NCBI GenBank assembly: GCA_964619725.1
Contig: CAZUFC010000009.1
Location: 58,815 to 122,814, forward strand
DNA: 64,000 bases
Source: an uncultured bacterium
GTDB taxonomy: Bacteria; CSSED10-310; CAZUFC01
Direction: 5' to 3'
The translations under genes and the position numbers were made by a program. Position 1 is the first letter of the stretch; every line of letters begins with the position of its first letter. Under the pieces are notes generated by a model. It searched no databases. It had not been told where the DNA came from and worked only from the letters and a program-made list of their open reading frames with translations. Of the stretch, positions 1 through 10,034 are shown one piece after another.

Positions 1-905
1 GCGATGATGGGAGTTCCCTGATGCTGAGCCTCCAGAAGCGGCAGGTTAAAACCTTCCCAACGGCTTGGAGAGATGAACACGTCTGCGGCTTTGTATAAAA
101 CCGGCATGACTTCCTTTTCTACATTCGCCAGCGGAAGGATGTTTTTTCTCCTTAAATGCTCCATTTTCGTCTCATCCCCTCTTCCCGCCGCAATAAGCTC
201 AATATCCGGCATTGAAGACAGGGCCGGCGCTATTTCATCCGTCAGTTGCCTCAAGCCTTTGTAAGGTTGAGGGTCCGGGTCCCATTCAAGACGTCCGACG
301 AACAGAACGGCAGTCCTGTCTTCAGCTATCCCCAATTTCTTTCTTAAATCCCGGGCTTCCTCCTCACTCACCCTTTTATAATGATCCGCGCCGTTGTGAA
401 CGACCTCGGTTTCGCCTTGCACTTTTTCCGGAAAACTCTGCCTGATGAAGTCGGAAATAGCGACTGTCCGGTCGTATTCTCCGCTTTTTCCGTAAACATG
501 AGCCGTCCGGTAATAAGTCAGCCAGTCCAGCTCGAAACCCGGCCGTTCGTCGAACCATTTTCCGGGCGGCGTTCCATGTTCCCAGAATATCACCGGTTTG
601 CTCAACGCTCTTCGCCACATATTAAAGGGAGGACTGTGCGCTATCCAGACGTCTCTGTTCTGCCGCTCCAGCCATTGTGTCGCCTCTTTTCTGAACGGCA
701 TGCCGAATGGACGCTCAGCAGATTTTATTTCACCTCTCAAATCGATGACCCTGTAAGGCACGGCATCATACAAAGAATCCTTGCGGCATGTGTAAACGCC
801 CACATCATATCGCTTTTTCGCCAGATGCTGCGCCTGCATGTCCGCAACCAGATCGACGCCGTATCCCAGGAGCATTCTTTCCGTTAGTATTCCTATTTTA
901 TGCAT
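1..905 (-). CDS. GT4 (GT-B) glycosyltransferase, runs off left edge of window
   Basis: Not in ORF track. Manual translation gives an open frame from ATG at 905 (MHKIGILTERMLLGYGVD...) with VLFVGRL and ADVFISPSRWEGFNLPLLEAQHQGTPII (E-x7-E GT4 motif). Confidence 0.88.
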   Translation of the reverse strand, partial: MHKIGILTERMLLGYGVDLVADMQAQHLAKKRYDVGVYTCRKDSLYDAVPYRVIDLRGEIKSAERPFGMPFRKEATQWLERQNRDVWIAHSPPFNMWRRALSKPVIFWEHGTPPGKWFDERPGFELDWLTYYRTAHVYGKSGEYDRTVAISDFIRQSFPEKVQGETEVVHNGADHYKRVSEEEARDLRKKLGIAEDRTAVLFVGRLEWDPDPQPYKGLRQLTDEIAPALSSMPDIELIAAGRGDETKMEHLRRKNILPLANVEKEVMPVLYKAADVFISPSRWEGFNLPLLEAQHQGTPII

Positions 906-922
906 GTGATGTTTGGAGTCCT

Positions 923-1213
923 TCAACTCTGGTCTGAATGGTCTTTCAGCAGGATCAATTCCGTTCTGCAGAGCAGTTCCGGTATTTCTTCAGCTTCCTG
1001 CGGGTCAGCTCCCCACTTGTTCTGCAGTTGTTCCTTTAAATCGGCATCTCCGTAATGTTGTAGGGCATAGAGAAAAGGGGGGTCCAGCCAGAACTGGGAA
1101 CCGTTGTTTTTTATGACTAGTGTGTGCACCGCGCCGGAAAATTCCGCCTGGTCCTGTTCAATCCGGCAATTCAGCACATATTGTTTCTTTGTTTCCCTAT
1201 TATTTCGACACAT
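923..1213 (-). CDS. small hypothetical protein (possibly PqqD-like)
   Basis: Fills the gap between wzt and GT4 on the same strand; ATG at 1213 overlaps the wzt 3' end. Family guess is weak. Confidence 0.4.
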   Translation of the reverse strand: MCRNNRETKKQYVLNCRIEQDQAEFSGAVHTLVIKNNGSQFWLDPPFLYALQHYGDADLKEQLQNKWGADPQEAEEIPELLCRTELILLKDHSDQS

Positions 1214-2420
1214 ATTTCCAGCGAACGGGAATGGATACGCAACCGTATTTTTCTTTGGTGCCGCCTTCCAGGATGGTGAAGGGATAGAGACGTTCATGAT
1301 GATCGTAGGGATGTTCGCAGGAATGGTCGTAAACCACGGTTGAAAAGTAATATGTTCCAGGCATTAGCGGCACGGAGTCTATAATGTGAAGGACTGAGCC
1401 TTCTCCTTCGATGGAGTCTATGACGCAGTCGTTTATTTTTGTATTGGGACCGTTGATGTGAACGCCGTCGTTTCGATGAATGGCGCATCCGAAGACGGGT
1501 TTTTTAATTTTCTTTTTGGCGGAATAGTCGATTTTCACCTGTATGACGTCGCCCGTCTTGAACTGGTATTTTTCACGCATCTTATGATCGTAAAAACGAA
1601 CGCCGGTAATTTCCACCTCCCTCGATCCCCATCGCTCCTCCATTTCCTGCAGTATTTCCTTGTGAGTCACTTCCAGTTCTTCCGCTTTTTCCTGCGTTAC
1701 CATCTGTTTATAAAAATCAATGACCCGTTCCGTGGTCCCTTCAGCCGCCAGTTTTCCTTTGTGCAGCCATACGGCCCTGTCGCACAGAGTTTTAACGGCT
1801 TCCAGATCATGCGAAACCAGGATGATGGTTTTTCCGGCCCTTCTGAATTCCTGTATCTTTTCTATGCATTTGTTGTGGAAAGCCTGATCGCCCACAGCCA
1901 ACACCTCGTCAATGACCAGGATATCCGGGTCCTGGTGCACTGCGATAGCGAATCCCAGTCGCATGTACATTCCGGAACTGTAATGTTTCACCGGGGTTTC
2001 CAGGAACTGCTCCAGTTCTGAAAAGGATACGATTTTCTTATAGTTGCGGTCTATGTCGGAACGGGATAATCCCATGATGGAACCGTTCAGATAGATGTTC
2101 TCGCGCCCGGTCAATTCGGGCTGGAATCCCGCGCCGAGTTCCAGCAGGGCCGAAACGCGTCCCCGGGTGATCACTTCCCCGCGGTCAGGTTTCAATATGC
2201 CGGTTATGACCTTCAACAAAGTCGATTTTCCTGAGCCGTTTTCTCCTATGATACCCAGCATTTCGCCGGGTTTAACTTTAAAACTGATGTCCTGCAGCGC
2301 CCAGAACATCTTTGAACGACGCTTTCCCTTTAAATAATCTATCAGCGCCCAGCGCAGAAAACGGTCCTTCTCCCGGTACATACGAAATTTAACGCCAACA
2401 TCTCGACACTCGAATATCAT
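1200..2420 (-). CDS. wzt: polysaccharide ABC exporter ATP-binding subunit with Wzt C-terminal domain
   Basis: GENGSGKST Walker A, YSSGM signature, LVIDEVLAVGD Walker B, C-terminal beta-rich Wzt_C region. Confidence 0.93.
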   Translation of the reverse strand: MIFECRDVGVKFRMYREKDRFLRWALIDYLKGKRRSKMFWALQDISFKVKPGEMLGIIGENGSGKSTLLKVITGILKPDRGEVITRGRVSALLELGAGFQPELTGRENIYLNGSIMGLSRSDIDRNYKKIVSFSELEQFLETPVKHYSSGMYMRLGFAIAVHQDPDILVIDEVLAVGDQAFHNKCIEKIQEFRRAGKTIILVSHDLEAVKTLCDRAVWLHKGKLAAEGTTERVIDFYKQMVTQEKAEELEVTHKEILQEMEERWGSREVEITGVRFYDHKMREKYQFKTGDVIQVKIDYSAKKKIKKPVFGCAIHRNDGVHINGPNTKINDCVIDSIEGEGSVLHIIDSVPLMPGTYYFSTVVYDHSCEHPYDHHERLYPFTILEGGTKEKYGCVSIPVRWKYVSK

Positions 2421-2421
2421 T

Positions 2422-3213
2422 TTATATCTCTTTTATGAATTTAGGCTCAAGCCGGCAGAAAATCATGTAACCCAATACGAAAACAAGAAATGATATGCCT
2501 CCAGCGAAAACAAAGGATTTCCAGGGCGGAAAAATGCCGTACAGCAAGGCATGCCTGTAAAGCTCCGTGATATCCACCAGGGGGTTCAAACGATAAAAGG
2601 TCAAATAATATTCCGACAGAAAACGTTCGACGTAAGAGAGCGGATAAATGATGGGAACGGCATAAAACCACATGGTCAGTATTATTTCCAGTATGTGAAT
2701 GATGTCTTTGAAAAACACGGTCAGCGCAGAAACGATAAACGCTACGCCCCACGAAAACAGCAGGTGAAACAGTATCACCAGCGGCAGGATATAAAAAACT
2801 CTCGAAACAGGTTGACGGTAAAACAGAAACAGCAATCCCAGCACGATCAGAGACAGCAGCAGGTTGATCAGATTCGATATCGTCGTCGATATGGGTATTA
2901 TTTCACGGGGAAAATAGACCTTCTTCAGCAGGTTCGCATTCTCTATTATGCCGTTGGCCGACATGGAGACGGAATTGGCAAAAAACAGCCAGGGCAACAA
3001 TCCGCACAGCAGAAACAAGGCGAAAGGATAGTCAACTTTTATCCTTATTATGAAGGAGAAAACGAATGTGTAAACGACCATCATCATTAACGGCGTCAGC
3101 AAAGACCACAGAAATCCCAGGAAAGAACTCTTGTATTTCAGTTTCAAATTGCGGATCACGAAGCCGGCGATGAGTTCGCGATATCGCCACAGCAGCAGAA
3201 ATCGACGGATCAT
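2422..3213 (-). CDS. wzm: polysaccharide ABC exporter permease
   Basis: KYKSSFLGFLWSLLTP, LLKKVYFPREI, RLNPL motifs; hydrophobic segments; adjacent to wzt. Confidence 0.93.
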   Translation of the reverse strand: MIRRFLLLWRYRELIAGFVIRNLKLKYKSSFLGFLWSLLTPLMMMVVYTFVFSFIIRIKVDYPFALFLLCGLLPWLFFANSVSMSANGIIENANLLKKVYFPREIIPISTTISNLINLLLSLIVLGLLFLFYRQPVSRVFYILPLVILFHLLFSWGVAFIVSALTVFFKDIIHILEIILTMWFYAVPIIYPLSYVERFLSEYYLTFYRLNPLVDITELYRHALLYGIFPPWKSFVFAGGISFLVFVLGYMIFCRLEPKFIKEI

Positions 3214-6200
3214 TGATTGACCTTCTCCATTATTTCTTCGCCGAATGGCGAGAATTTCTGTATTCGGGCGTTCAGACTGTCCGTCACGTAAAGGTTGCCT
3301 TCTGCGTCAAAGTCTATTCCTATCGGCCAGTTGAATTGTCCGCTTGCCGCTCCTGCGCTCTCCCATACCGCCAGCAGGTTGCCTTCAAGATTGTATATCT
3401 GCAGACGATTATTCCGGCTGTCGGTCGCAACAAGCAAACCGTCAGGACTCATGGCCAGGAAAGGCTCCGAATAAAACTCTTCCCATCCCAGAACATACCA
3501 GTCCGCCTGATGCTTTCCATCTTCGTTAAAAACGGAAATCCTCTGGTTGGCCGTATCCGCCACATAAACCTTTCCGTCATTTCCCAGCTCTATGCCGACC
3601 GGCTCGAATAACTTGCCCGGTTCATCCCCTTTTTCGCCCCAGAACCTGCTGTTCTTTAAATCAGACTCTACCTTGTGCACCCTCTGCAATCCCGTGTCGA
3701 CTATGTACATTACACCCTTTTCGCTCACCGCTACGTCTTTCGGCGCCCACATGTTGTGAGGACTGCGCCATTCCGTTTTAAATTTGCCTTCTGAATCGAA
3801 TATCTGTATGCGATGATTCCACGTGTCGGCGACATAAACATCGCCATTCCCGGCGATTCCCAGTCCTACCGGTGTATGAAATTCTCCCGGTCCTTCGCCT
3901 CTCTTTCCCCATTCCGTTATAAACTGACCGTTTAAATCAAATTTCTGGATACGGTGATTCTGACTGTCCGCTACGTATACATGTCCGTCAGGCGATACGG
4001 CAATATCTTTCGGGTCCTTGAATTCTCCCGCTCCTGAACCGCTCCTTCCCCATATCTTTAAAGCCTTCTTGTCCTCCAGCGTCGTCATACCCTTCTCGTT
4101 GACGACTACGCGTCCCTTTTCCTTCGGTATGATAAGGCTGGGATCACGACGATAGGGCGCGACCTGGTTCTTTTCCATTTCCTGATTTATCTCGAATATG
4201 TTCACCTCATTCCTGTCATAAACCAGTTCACCCAGATTCTTGAATTTCTCCCGTCCGTTCTGATCGTACGAATAAAATTCCTTGTTCTCCAAAGAACCGA
4301 TAAAAACATACCTTACGTCATATTTCCTCAACAAATCATATACTTCCTTCGTGTCCAGACTCTTATACATAGTCCTTACATCATTTGTCCGGTCACCCGA
4401 TTTCTTCCAGCTCCAATCACGCCACAATGCTTCATGATTTCCCCATCCGATCACCGTCGGAAAACCGGTCATAGTCGATACCCGGCCGTGATAACTGTAA
4501 GGCGCTCCAGTCGCCTCCAGCACTACCGGCTCATCCTCCAGGTTCTCCATCATCCACTGAATCGCCTTGTAATCCTGAGGAAAACGTTCCCTTATGTATG
4601 CGAAACCGTTCAATGTAGGACGACCCATCTTCTTCTCAAAATAATCCGTCTTTACTCCTATCGCCTGGATGGGATAAATCATGGACGCAGCGAATAAAAA
4701 AACCGTCCCGAACCGGAATATGTTGGCCCATACCTTCTTGTCGCGCTCTGCAAAGGCGCTGAATACATAATAAAATGAAGCTGCACCCGACAGACTGAGA
4801 AATATCCAGGCTACATAATAAAACTTGAACACCGTATTCATCCGGGCCGCACTGACTCCATAAAAGTCCTTGATGTATACGAATTCGCAACCCAGCAGGA
4901 CGGAAAAAGCCACCAGAATTAACGACATGTTCAGTTTCTCGTGACGCTCTCCTTTATGAAAAAAGAGAAGATATGCCGCCGCCAGAAGCAGAAATGACAA
5001 TAAACTTATCGTGAAATTCTGGAAAATAACGCATGTGCTCAACATCGCCAATACGGAAACGATCAAACCGATGAGCTTGCCCTTCTTTACTAAAGACGAC
5101 CGGTATATCCAGATTACCGCCATGAAAAAAGCCGCCAGAAAAATCAGGAAAAAATGTATGGTTAGAAACTGACCCACCATGGAACGATGATGAGGTTCCA
5201 GAAACTTAAGCTTCGCTGCAGGCGGCGAATAGTGCATGAAAAACGGTAAAAAAAGCACGAAACGTATCAATACGAAAATGATTCCAAGACTCAGAACCCA
5301 ACTGACTGCCGTTTTCACCCTATCAGGTGCCTTCCATGTGGCGTGAACAGGATCATAGTGAAACAGAACCCAACTGACTGCCGTTTTCACCCTTTCAGGA
5401 GACAAAATGCCGACGACGATGAACATCACTCCGGCTAAAAGGAAGTAAGTCGGAAGGTCCCAATAATTGCCGCAGATAAGACTGCCTAAGGAAATCGTGA
5501 AAAACAGAAGCGCAAGTCCGTTCGTTTTTTCCTTTTTTACCCATTCCCACACCGGTTCGCGGACGTTTTTAAAAAACATGAAAAGAAAATGCAAAACCAG
5601 CAGCGAAAGAGGAACGGCCAGCAGATGAGCATGAAGGTCCCCCAGAATGTAACTGAATATAGGCGTTTCATTTATTGTCGCATCCACTTCCTTGGAACCC
5701 GGCGTTCCCGGCGGAATCGTCAACGTCAGTATGTCGGATGCCGGACGGTCCTTGATTAATCCCTCACCTCCGAACAACTTCTTGAAAAATTCCACGAAAT
5801 ACTTGTAAATGTGAGTCTCGCCGTCTACCGTTATCTGATGCTTCGTTATGACGCGAGAACCCTTCCATAACTCCAGCGGACCGAATTTCTTCCCGGACAA
5901 CAGGTACAAAAATCCGTAAAGATTGCCCATGACGTTCAAAAACAAAGCCGCCGCTACGCCGATCAGCCTCTTTCCCGTTAAATTGTAGAGCAGAGAAAAT
6001 GCCGCCGTGATCGCCGAAGCGAATATCATGCATAACGCAAGATTGTAAGCCTTCCAAGGCATAATCGCCGCCAGCTTCAACGGCACAGCCTGCACAAAAT
6101 ATCCGTAATAATAATAATTTATATAATTTTCAGGCCCGGAAAACCATACGTCAGGAGGAGGCAGACTGTCCGTACGCAATATGGCATGAAAAAACGCCAT

Positions 6201-6608
6201 GTCTGGAAATTTCTCCGCCGCATATAAATTCACGTCATAAGATATCTCGGGATTATAAGAACGGATGAACGCAAACAGCAGAAAAGAAACGATGAAAAGT
6301 CCCTCAATCAGATAAATCAGGTTCCGCTTTTCACTGAATAATCCCTTAATGTCCTCGCTGTTCTTCCGGTATATTAAAAATGAAAGACACCCTAAAAGCG
6401 CCAGGATGAGTCCGATGGTCCAACGAGTAAAAGGAAGAATACCAAGAATGGGCAATATCCACACCAAAAAAGAAAGAATTACGGGGCCCAGAATCTTACC
6501 GATCCCATATCCTTCATCCCGCTCCCGGCGAAATATCAACCACGTTATCGGCAACGTCAAAAAATGAATGATCTCAACGACTATTAAAAAAGTAAGCGTT
6601 TCTTTCAT
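3210..6608 (-). CDS. DUF2298 (YYY-motif) polytopic membrane protein fused to C-terminal NHL-repeat beta-propeller
   Basis: EKFPDMAF, INYYYYG, INETPIFSYILGDLHAH, RMNTVFKFY; C-terminal repeats of GEFxxPxDIAV..G.VYVADxxNHRIQKF. Start taken at MKETL (6608); 6635 is an alternative. Confidence 0.85.
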   Translation of the reverse strand: MKETLTFLIVVEIIHFLTLPITWLIFRRERDEGYGIGKILGPVILSFLVWILPILGILPFTRWTIGLILALLGCLSFLIYRKNSEDIKGLFSEKRNLIYLIEGLFIVSFLLFAFIRSYNPEISYDVNLYAAEKFPDMAFFHAILRTDSLPPPDVWFSGPENYINYYYYGYFVQAVPLKLAAIMPWKAYNLALCMIFASAITAAFSLLYNLTGKRLIGVAAALFLNVMGNLYGFLYLLSGKKFGPLELWKGSRVITKHQITVDGETHIYKYFVEFFKKLFGGEGLIKDRPASDILTLTIPPGTPGSKEVDATINETPIFSYILGDLHAHLLAVPLSLLVLHFLFMFFKNVREPVWEWVKKEKTNGLALLFFTISLGSLICGNYWDLPTYFLLAGVMFIVVGILSPERVKTAVSWVLFHYDPVHATWKAPDRVKTAVSWVLSLGIIFVLIRFVLFLPFFMHYSPPAAKLKFLEPHHRSMVGQFLTIHFFLIFLAAFFMAVIWIYRSSLVKKGKLIGLIVSVLAMLSTCVIFQNFTISLLSFLLLAAAYLLFFHKGERHEKLNMSLILVAFSVLLGCEFVYIKDFYGVSAARMNTVFKFYYVAWIFLSLSGAASFYYVFSAFAERDKKVWANIFRFGTVFLFAASMIYPIQAIGVKTDYFEKKMGRPTLNGFAYIRERFPQDYKAIQWMMENLEDEPVVLEATGAPYSYHGRVSTMTGFPTVIGWGNHEALWRDWSWKKSGDRTNDVRTMYKSLDTKEVYDLLRKYDVRYVFIGSLENKEFYSYDQNGREKFKNLGELVYDRNEVNIFEINQEMEKNQVAPYRRDPSLIIPKEKGRVVVNEKGMTTLEDKKALKIWGRSGSGAGEFKDPKDIAVSPDGHVYVADSQNHRIQKFDLNGQFITEWGKRGEGPGEFHTPVGLGIAGNGDVYVADTWNHRIQIFDSEGKFKTEWRSPHNMWAPKDVAVSEKGVMYIVDTGLQRVHKVESDLKNSRFWGEKGDEPGKLFEPVGIELGNDGKVYVADTANQRISVFNEDGKHQADWYVLGWEEFYSEPFLAMSPDGLLVATDSRNNRLQIYNLEGNLLAVWESAGAASGQFNWPIGIDFDAEGNLYVTDSLNARIQKFSPFGEEIMEKVNQ
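5292..5399. repeat. 36-bp direct repeat pair (1 mismatch) separated by a unique 36-bp segment, inside the DUF2298 gene
   Basis: cagaacccaactgactgccgttttcaccct(a/t)tcagg at 5292-5327 and 5364-5399; protein shows P(E/D)RVKTAVSWVL twice. Confidence 0.95.
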
Positions 6609-7006
6609 AGTATTCCCCCTCTTGAAAAACCGCACGGTTTTTCGCCGAAATACTTCTGCGCAGCGGAGTATAACACTATGTCAAGTTCTGTGCAATGACA
6701 GAATTGTCCTTGACATAACCACTGATCGACATGACCGGATCGGCTTTTCATTTCCTCTTCACATCCCACCCTTTTCTCATTTTTCTCCGTCCACGAGCAC
6801 CGATTTTTATCGAATGACAAGGCAATACAACGACAGGACCGAGTCCGGAAGGGACGCCGATTCAAAATTTTTGAATGGACGACCAGGCAAAAAAATATTT
6901 GATTTCCAATCAACGGTAATCCTATAATGCATTGATTAAAAAGGGTTAACCAGTGGTCAAGCCAGGCATCAAATTCAGATTTGCCGATCATTTCAAATTA
7001 CCAAAT

Positions 7007-7039
7007 TCAAAAAATTTGAAAAAAATTCAAATTTTTTGA
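7007..7039. repeat. AT-rich perfect 14-bp inverted repeat (5-nt loop)
   Basis: tcaaaaaatttgaa-aaaaa-ttcaaattttttga, intergenic. Confidence 0.7.
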
Positions 7040-7447
7040 CCCCCGGAATCAAAAATTTGAACTTGAGTGCTCCTAACCCATTCTAAAATCATTCGCAGAT
7101 TTTTAGGCACGAAAAATGCTCCTCTTCTCAGAGTCGGCTTCGGCCCGAATGCAGACAAACTTACGTCCGATGGAAGGCAGGGGGCAGGCTCTGAAAGCCC
7201 ATGCTTCAGCAGCAGGATTCTGCCCGATGAAGTAAAAGTCCGAGCCGAAACCGGACGTGGGGGAGGGCCCGAAAAAAGAGGCGGGATTTATCCTTGTTTT
7301 ACAATAAGTTAAGCCACCCCAGGCGTTCCGTGCTCCCCTTACGGCTCCATTCCTCTCTGGAATCTCAGTTTTCGGCACTTTCCGGCCGTTCAGCGTCGAC
7401 TGTACGGCTCACTCGCTGATACCTCGCAGCATTCGGATAAACTCTGG

Positions 7448-8053
7448 CTACGGCAATATACTTTTAACGAAATGAAACACGCGCCTCACTGCCGGATTCT
7501 TAACGTACCATCCCTTGTTGGCGTGAGGAAAAGGCATGTCCGGAATATCTCTGCCGAGAAAACGGCATAGCTTGCTCCAACCGTCACCTTCTTCCCAATT
7601 GTGGATCAGCAAATCTTCAGGGCGGTCGGAAAAATAACTGATCACTTTCTGGTTGTGCCTTTCATATCTTTGGATGAGTTGTTTTTCATCGACATGGGGA
7701 AAGGGCAACCCGTAAAGAATACGCCGCATTTCGTTCAATTCATCGGAAACTTTAATTTCGTTGTCCAGCATATTTTTATAACTGCGAAACCACTTTTCAG
7801 GGGTTCTTTTCGTCAGGATAAATCGACTGTGCGGAAAAGCCTGGTCGAGTTCCCTGTATAAGATTATCCACGGCCAGTCTTCAAACGAGTCTTTTTTCTC
7901 CGCCAACGCCATGATACGGGATAAATCTTTTTTCGCTACATCTTTTATTAAATGCAGCGCTTTGCTTTGATGATCGTATCCCAGAATTTTGAGACACTCT
8001 CCCAGCGTCGTCGTGCCTGTCCTGGCCCAGCCAATGCCGAAGACCTTTTTCAT
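7448..8053 (-). CDS. sulfotransferase family protein (Sulfotransfer_4-like)
   Basis: N-terminal KVFGIGWARTGTTTL PAPS-binding loop; DWPW, FILTKR, GWSKLCRFLG..P...FPHAN. Confidence 0.85.
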   Translation of the reverse strand: MKKVFGIGWARTGTTTLGECLKILGYDHQSKALHLIKDVAKKDLSRIMALAEKKDSFEDWPWIILYRELDQAFPHSRFILTKRTPEKWFRSYKNMLDNEIKVSDELNEMRRILYGLPFPHVDEKQLIQRYERHNQKVISYFSDRPEDLLIHNWEEGDGWSKLCRFLGRDIPDMPFPHANKGWYVKNPAVRRVFHFVKSILP

Positions 8054-8356
8054 AATGTCCTCTCCCGGTTTCCGTCACATTTTTTTATCTGTTCATTAAC
8101 CTGCAATGCTGATTTCTGCGAAGGCCGCTTAACCGAATAATATCGGCGCTTCCAGCATTAACTTTAATCTTCCTTCGTTTTTTGTCAATGAACAGGACTA
8201 GAATTTCCAGGCGGAGATTCGACACCCTGAGATAAGGACTTTCCATCAAAGTCCACCCTTTTTTCAATCGTGAATTTCTTAAAATTCCGTGAATGTGGTA
8301 AACTCTTCTCGGCTAAAGGATGAATGATTCATTCATCGGGGAGTTGATGGAAAGCC

Positions 8357-9283
8357 ATGTCGAAAGATCACGAAGGACATAGTCACAGCCTGGTCGATAC
8401 GAAGAGTTTAGGCGTTGCGTTTTTGCTCAACTTCGTGTTCACCGTTATAGAGATCATTGGAGCGCTATGGTCGAACAGTACGGCTATCCTTGCGGATGCC
8501 GTTCATGATCTCGGCGATTCTCTGGCGCTGGGATCAGCCTGGTACCTGGAACGCTTTTCCGCTCACAAGGGCGATGACCGTTTTTCTTTCGGATACCGCC
8601 GGTTTTCGTTACTGGGAGTCGTATTAAACACAGCAGTCTTATCTGCCGGCGCCGTTATTGTTCTCACCAGAGCTGTTCCCCGTCTGTTCGATCCAGAACC
8701 GGCCAATGCCCCTGTCATGCTGGGTTTCGCCGTCCTGGGCATTATCATCAATGGAGCGGCTGTCCTTCGGTTACGCAACCGCAAAGGTCTTAACGCCAGA
8801 GTCGTTTTCTGGCATCTCCTGGAAGACGTCCTGGGCTGGGCCGCCATCCTCCTGGTCGGCATAGTCCTCATGTTCCGGGACTTTTATATTCTCGATCCGC
8901 TTCTCTCCATACTCATTACCGCCTATGTCCTCATTAAAATAATGGGCAATTTCAAATCCACATTGAAAATATTTCTTCAAGCCGTCCCGGAAGGCATCAA
9001 TCTCACCTCAATCGAAAATGCCCTTCAAAAAGTCCCCGGCGTATGCAAAGTTCATCATGCGCACATCTGGTCTCTCGACGGCCTGAATCACATTTTCTCC
9101 GCTCGCATACTCCTGGAAAAAAACGAGCAAAAAGATGAAATGATCGCCATAAAAAATGAAATAAGATCAATCCTGAACCGGCTCGGTATTAAACACAACA
9201 CTATTGAGCTGGAATATCCCGGGGAAGAATGCGATATGGATAGCGATATGTGCCGACCGAACGGCGAATGTTTCGATCAATGA
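8357..9283 (+). CDS. cation diffusion facilitator (Zn/Co/Cd efflux, CzcD/ZitB-like)
   Basis: His-rich N-terminus, ADAVHDLGD, FSFGYRR, HLLEDVLGW, C-terminal HIWSLDG. Confidence 0.92.
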   Translation: MSKDHEGHSHSLVDTKSLGVAFLLNFVFTVIEIIGALWSNSTAILADAVHDLGDSLALGSAWYLERFSAHKGDDRFSFGYRRFSLLGVVLNTAVLSAGAVIVLTRAVPRLFDPEPANAPVMLGFAVLGIIINGAAVLRLRNRKGLNARVVFWHLLEDVLGWAAILLVGIVLMFRDFYILDPLLSILITAYVLIKIMGNFKSTLKIFLQAVPEGINLTSIENALQKVPGVCKVHHAHIWSLDGLNHIFSARILLEKNEQKDEMIAIKNEIRSILNRLGIKHNTIELEYPGEECDMDSDMCRPNGECFDQ

Positions 9284-10034
9284 GCCTTCATCAGACATAA
9301 AATCCCAAATTCAATCGGCTCTTCTGTGATAATCTGCTCCTCTCTGCATTTTACCAACAGACTCATCCGGCAAGTGGTTTTCAACAGTTTTTAGTCTCTC
9401 CCACTTCAACACTAAAAATCACCGCGATAGATGAGATATCGGGGCTAAATTACGCAAATTCTGTATTGGCCCTTCATGCTCATGGTGAGTCTCCCCATCT
9501 TCGCGAAAATCCACTTCGGTAAATCGGAAACTCCAACTAAGAAGATTCTTACATCTCAATCGTCATTAAATTAGCCCGGTTCATTTCATTCCCTCATTAC
9601 CAGCTTGTTTTTGTCCGTAAACGGCGAATTTCCCCCAATGCTTCGTCAGGCTGTGAACTTGCTCAGTCAACATATAAGCAAATACCCCTACCGTGCAAAT
9701 CATTGCCTTAAGAAAAATTCGCTCGTTTATGGATCAAAAACCCAAGTGGCTGTCCAGCATTAAATTTTGAATCGAGAATCGAGTTTGTGCACAGACACTA
9801 GCTTGTTGTATCTTGAATACGGACTCCAACCCGTGATGTCGATCAATTGTTAAACGGTTTCTAACCCATAGAATACCAGTCATTTTCTATTGTTGACTCT
9901 CTAATTTTTTTTTGTTATTTTCATTTGAGTTATACTTTTCTGAGTGAATTTGGAGGCACATTATTTATTTTACCTTCAAAAATCTAACATTTAAGGAGAC
10001 AGGACGTGAGCTTAAATTCTGATAAAACAAATAG

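Noticed and set aside
5292-5399. Functional CRISPR array
   Set aside because: Only two repeats, inside a CDS, with no leader, no cas genes and no typical repeat palindrome. Kept only as a possible integration scar.
9290-9900. Pseudogene or ncRNA in the long intergenic gap
   Set aside because: No sustained ORF, recognisable motif or convincing structure found by eye.
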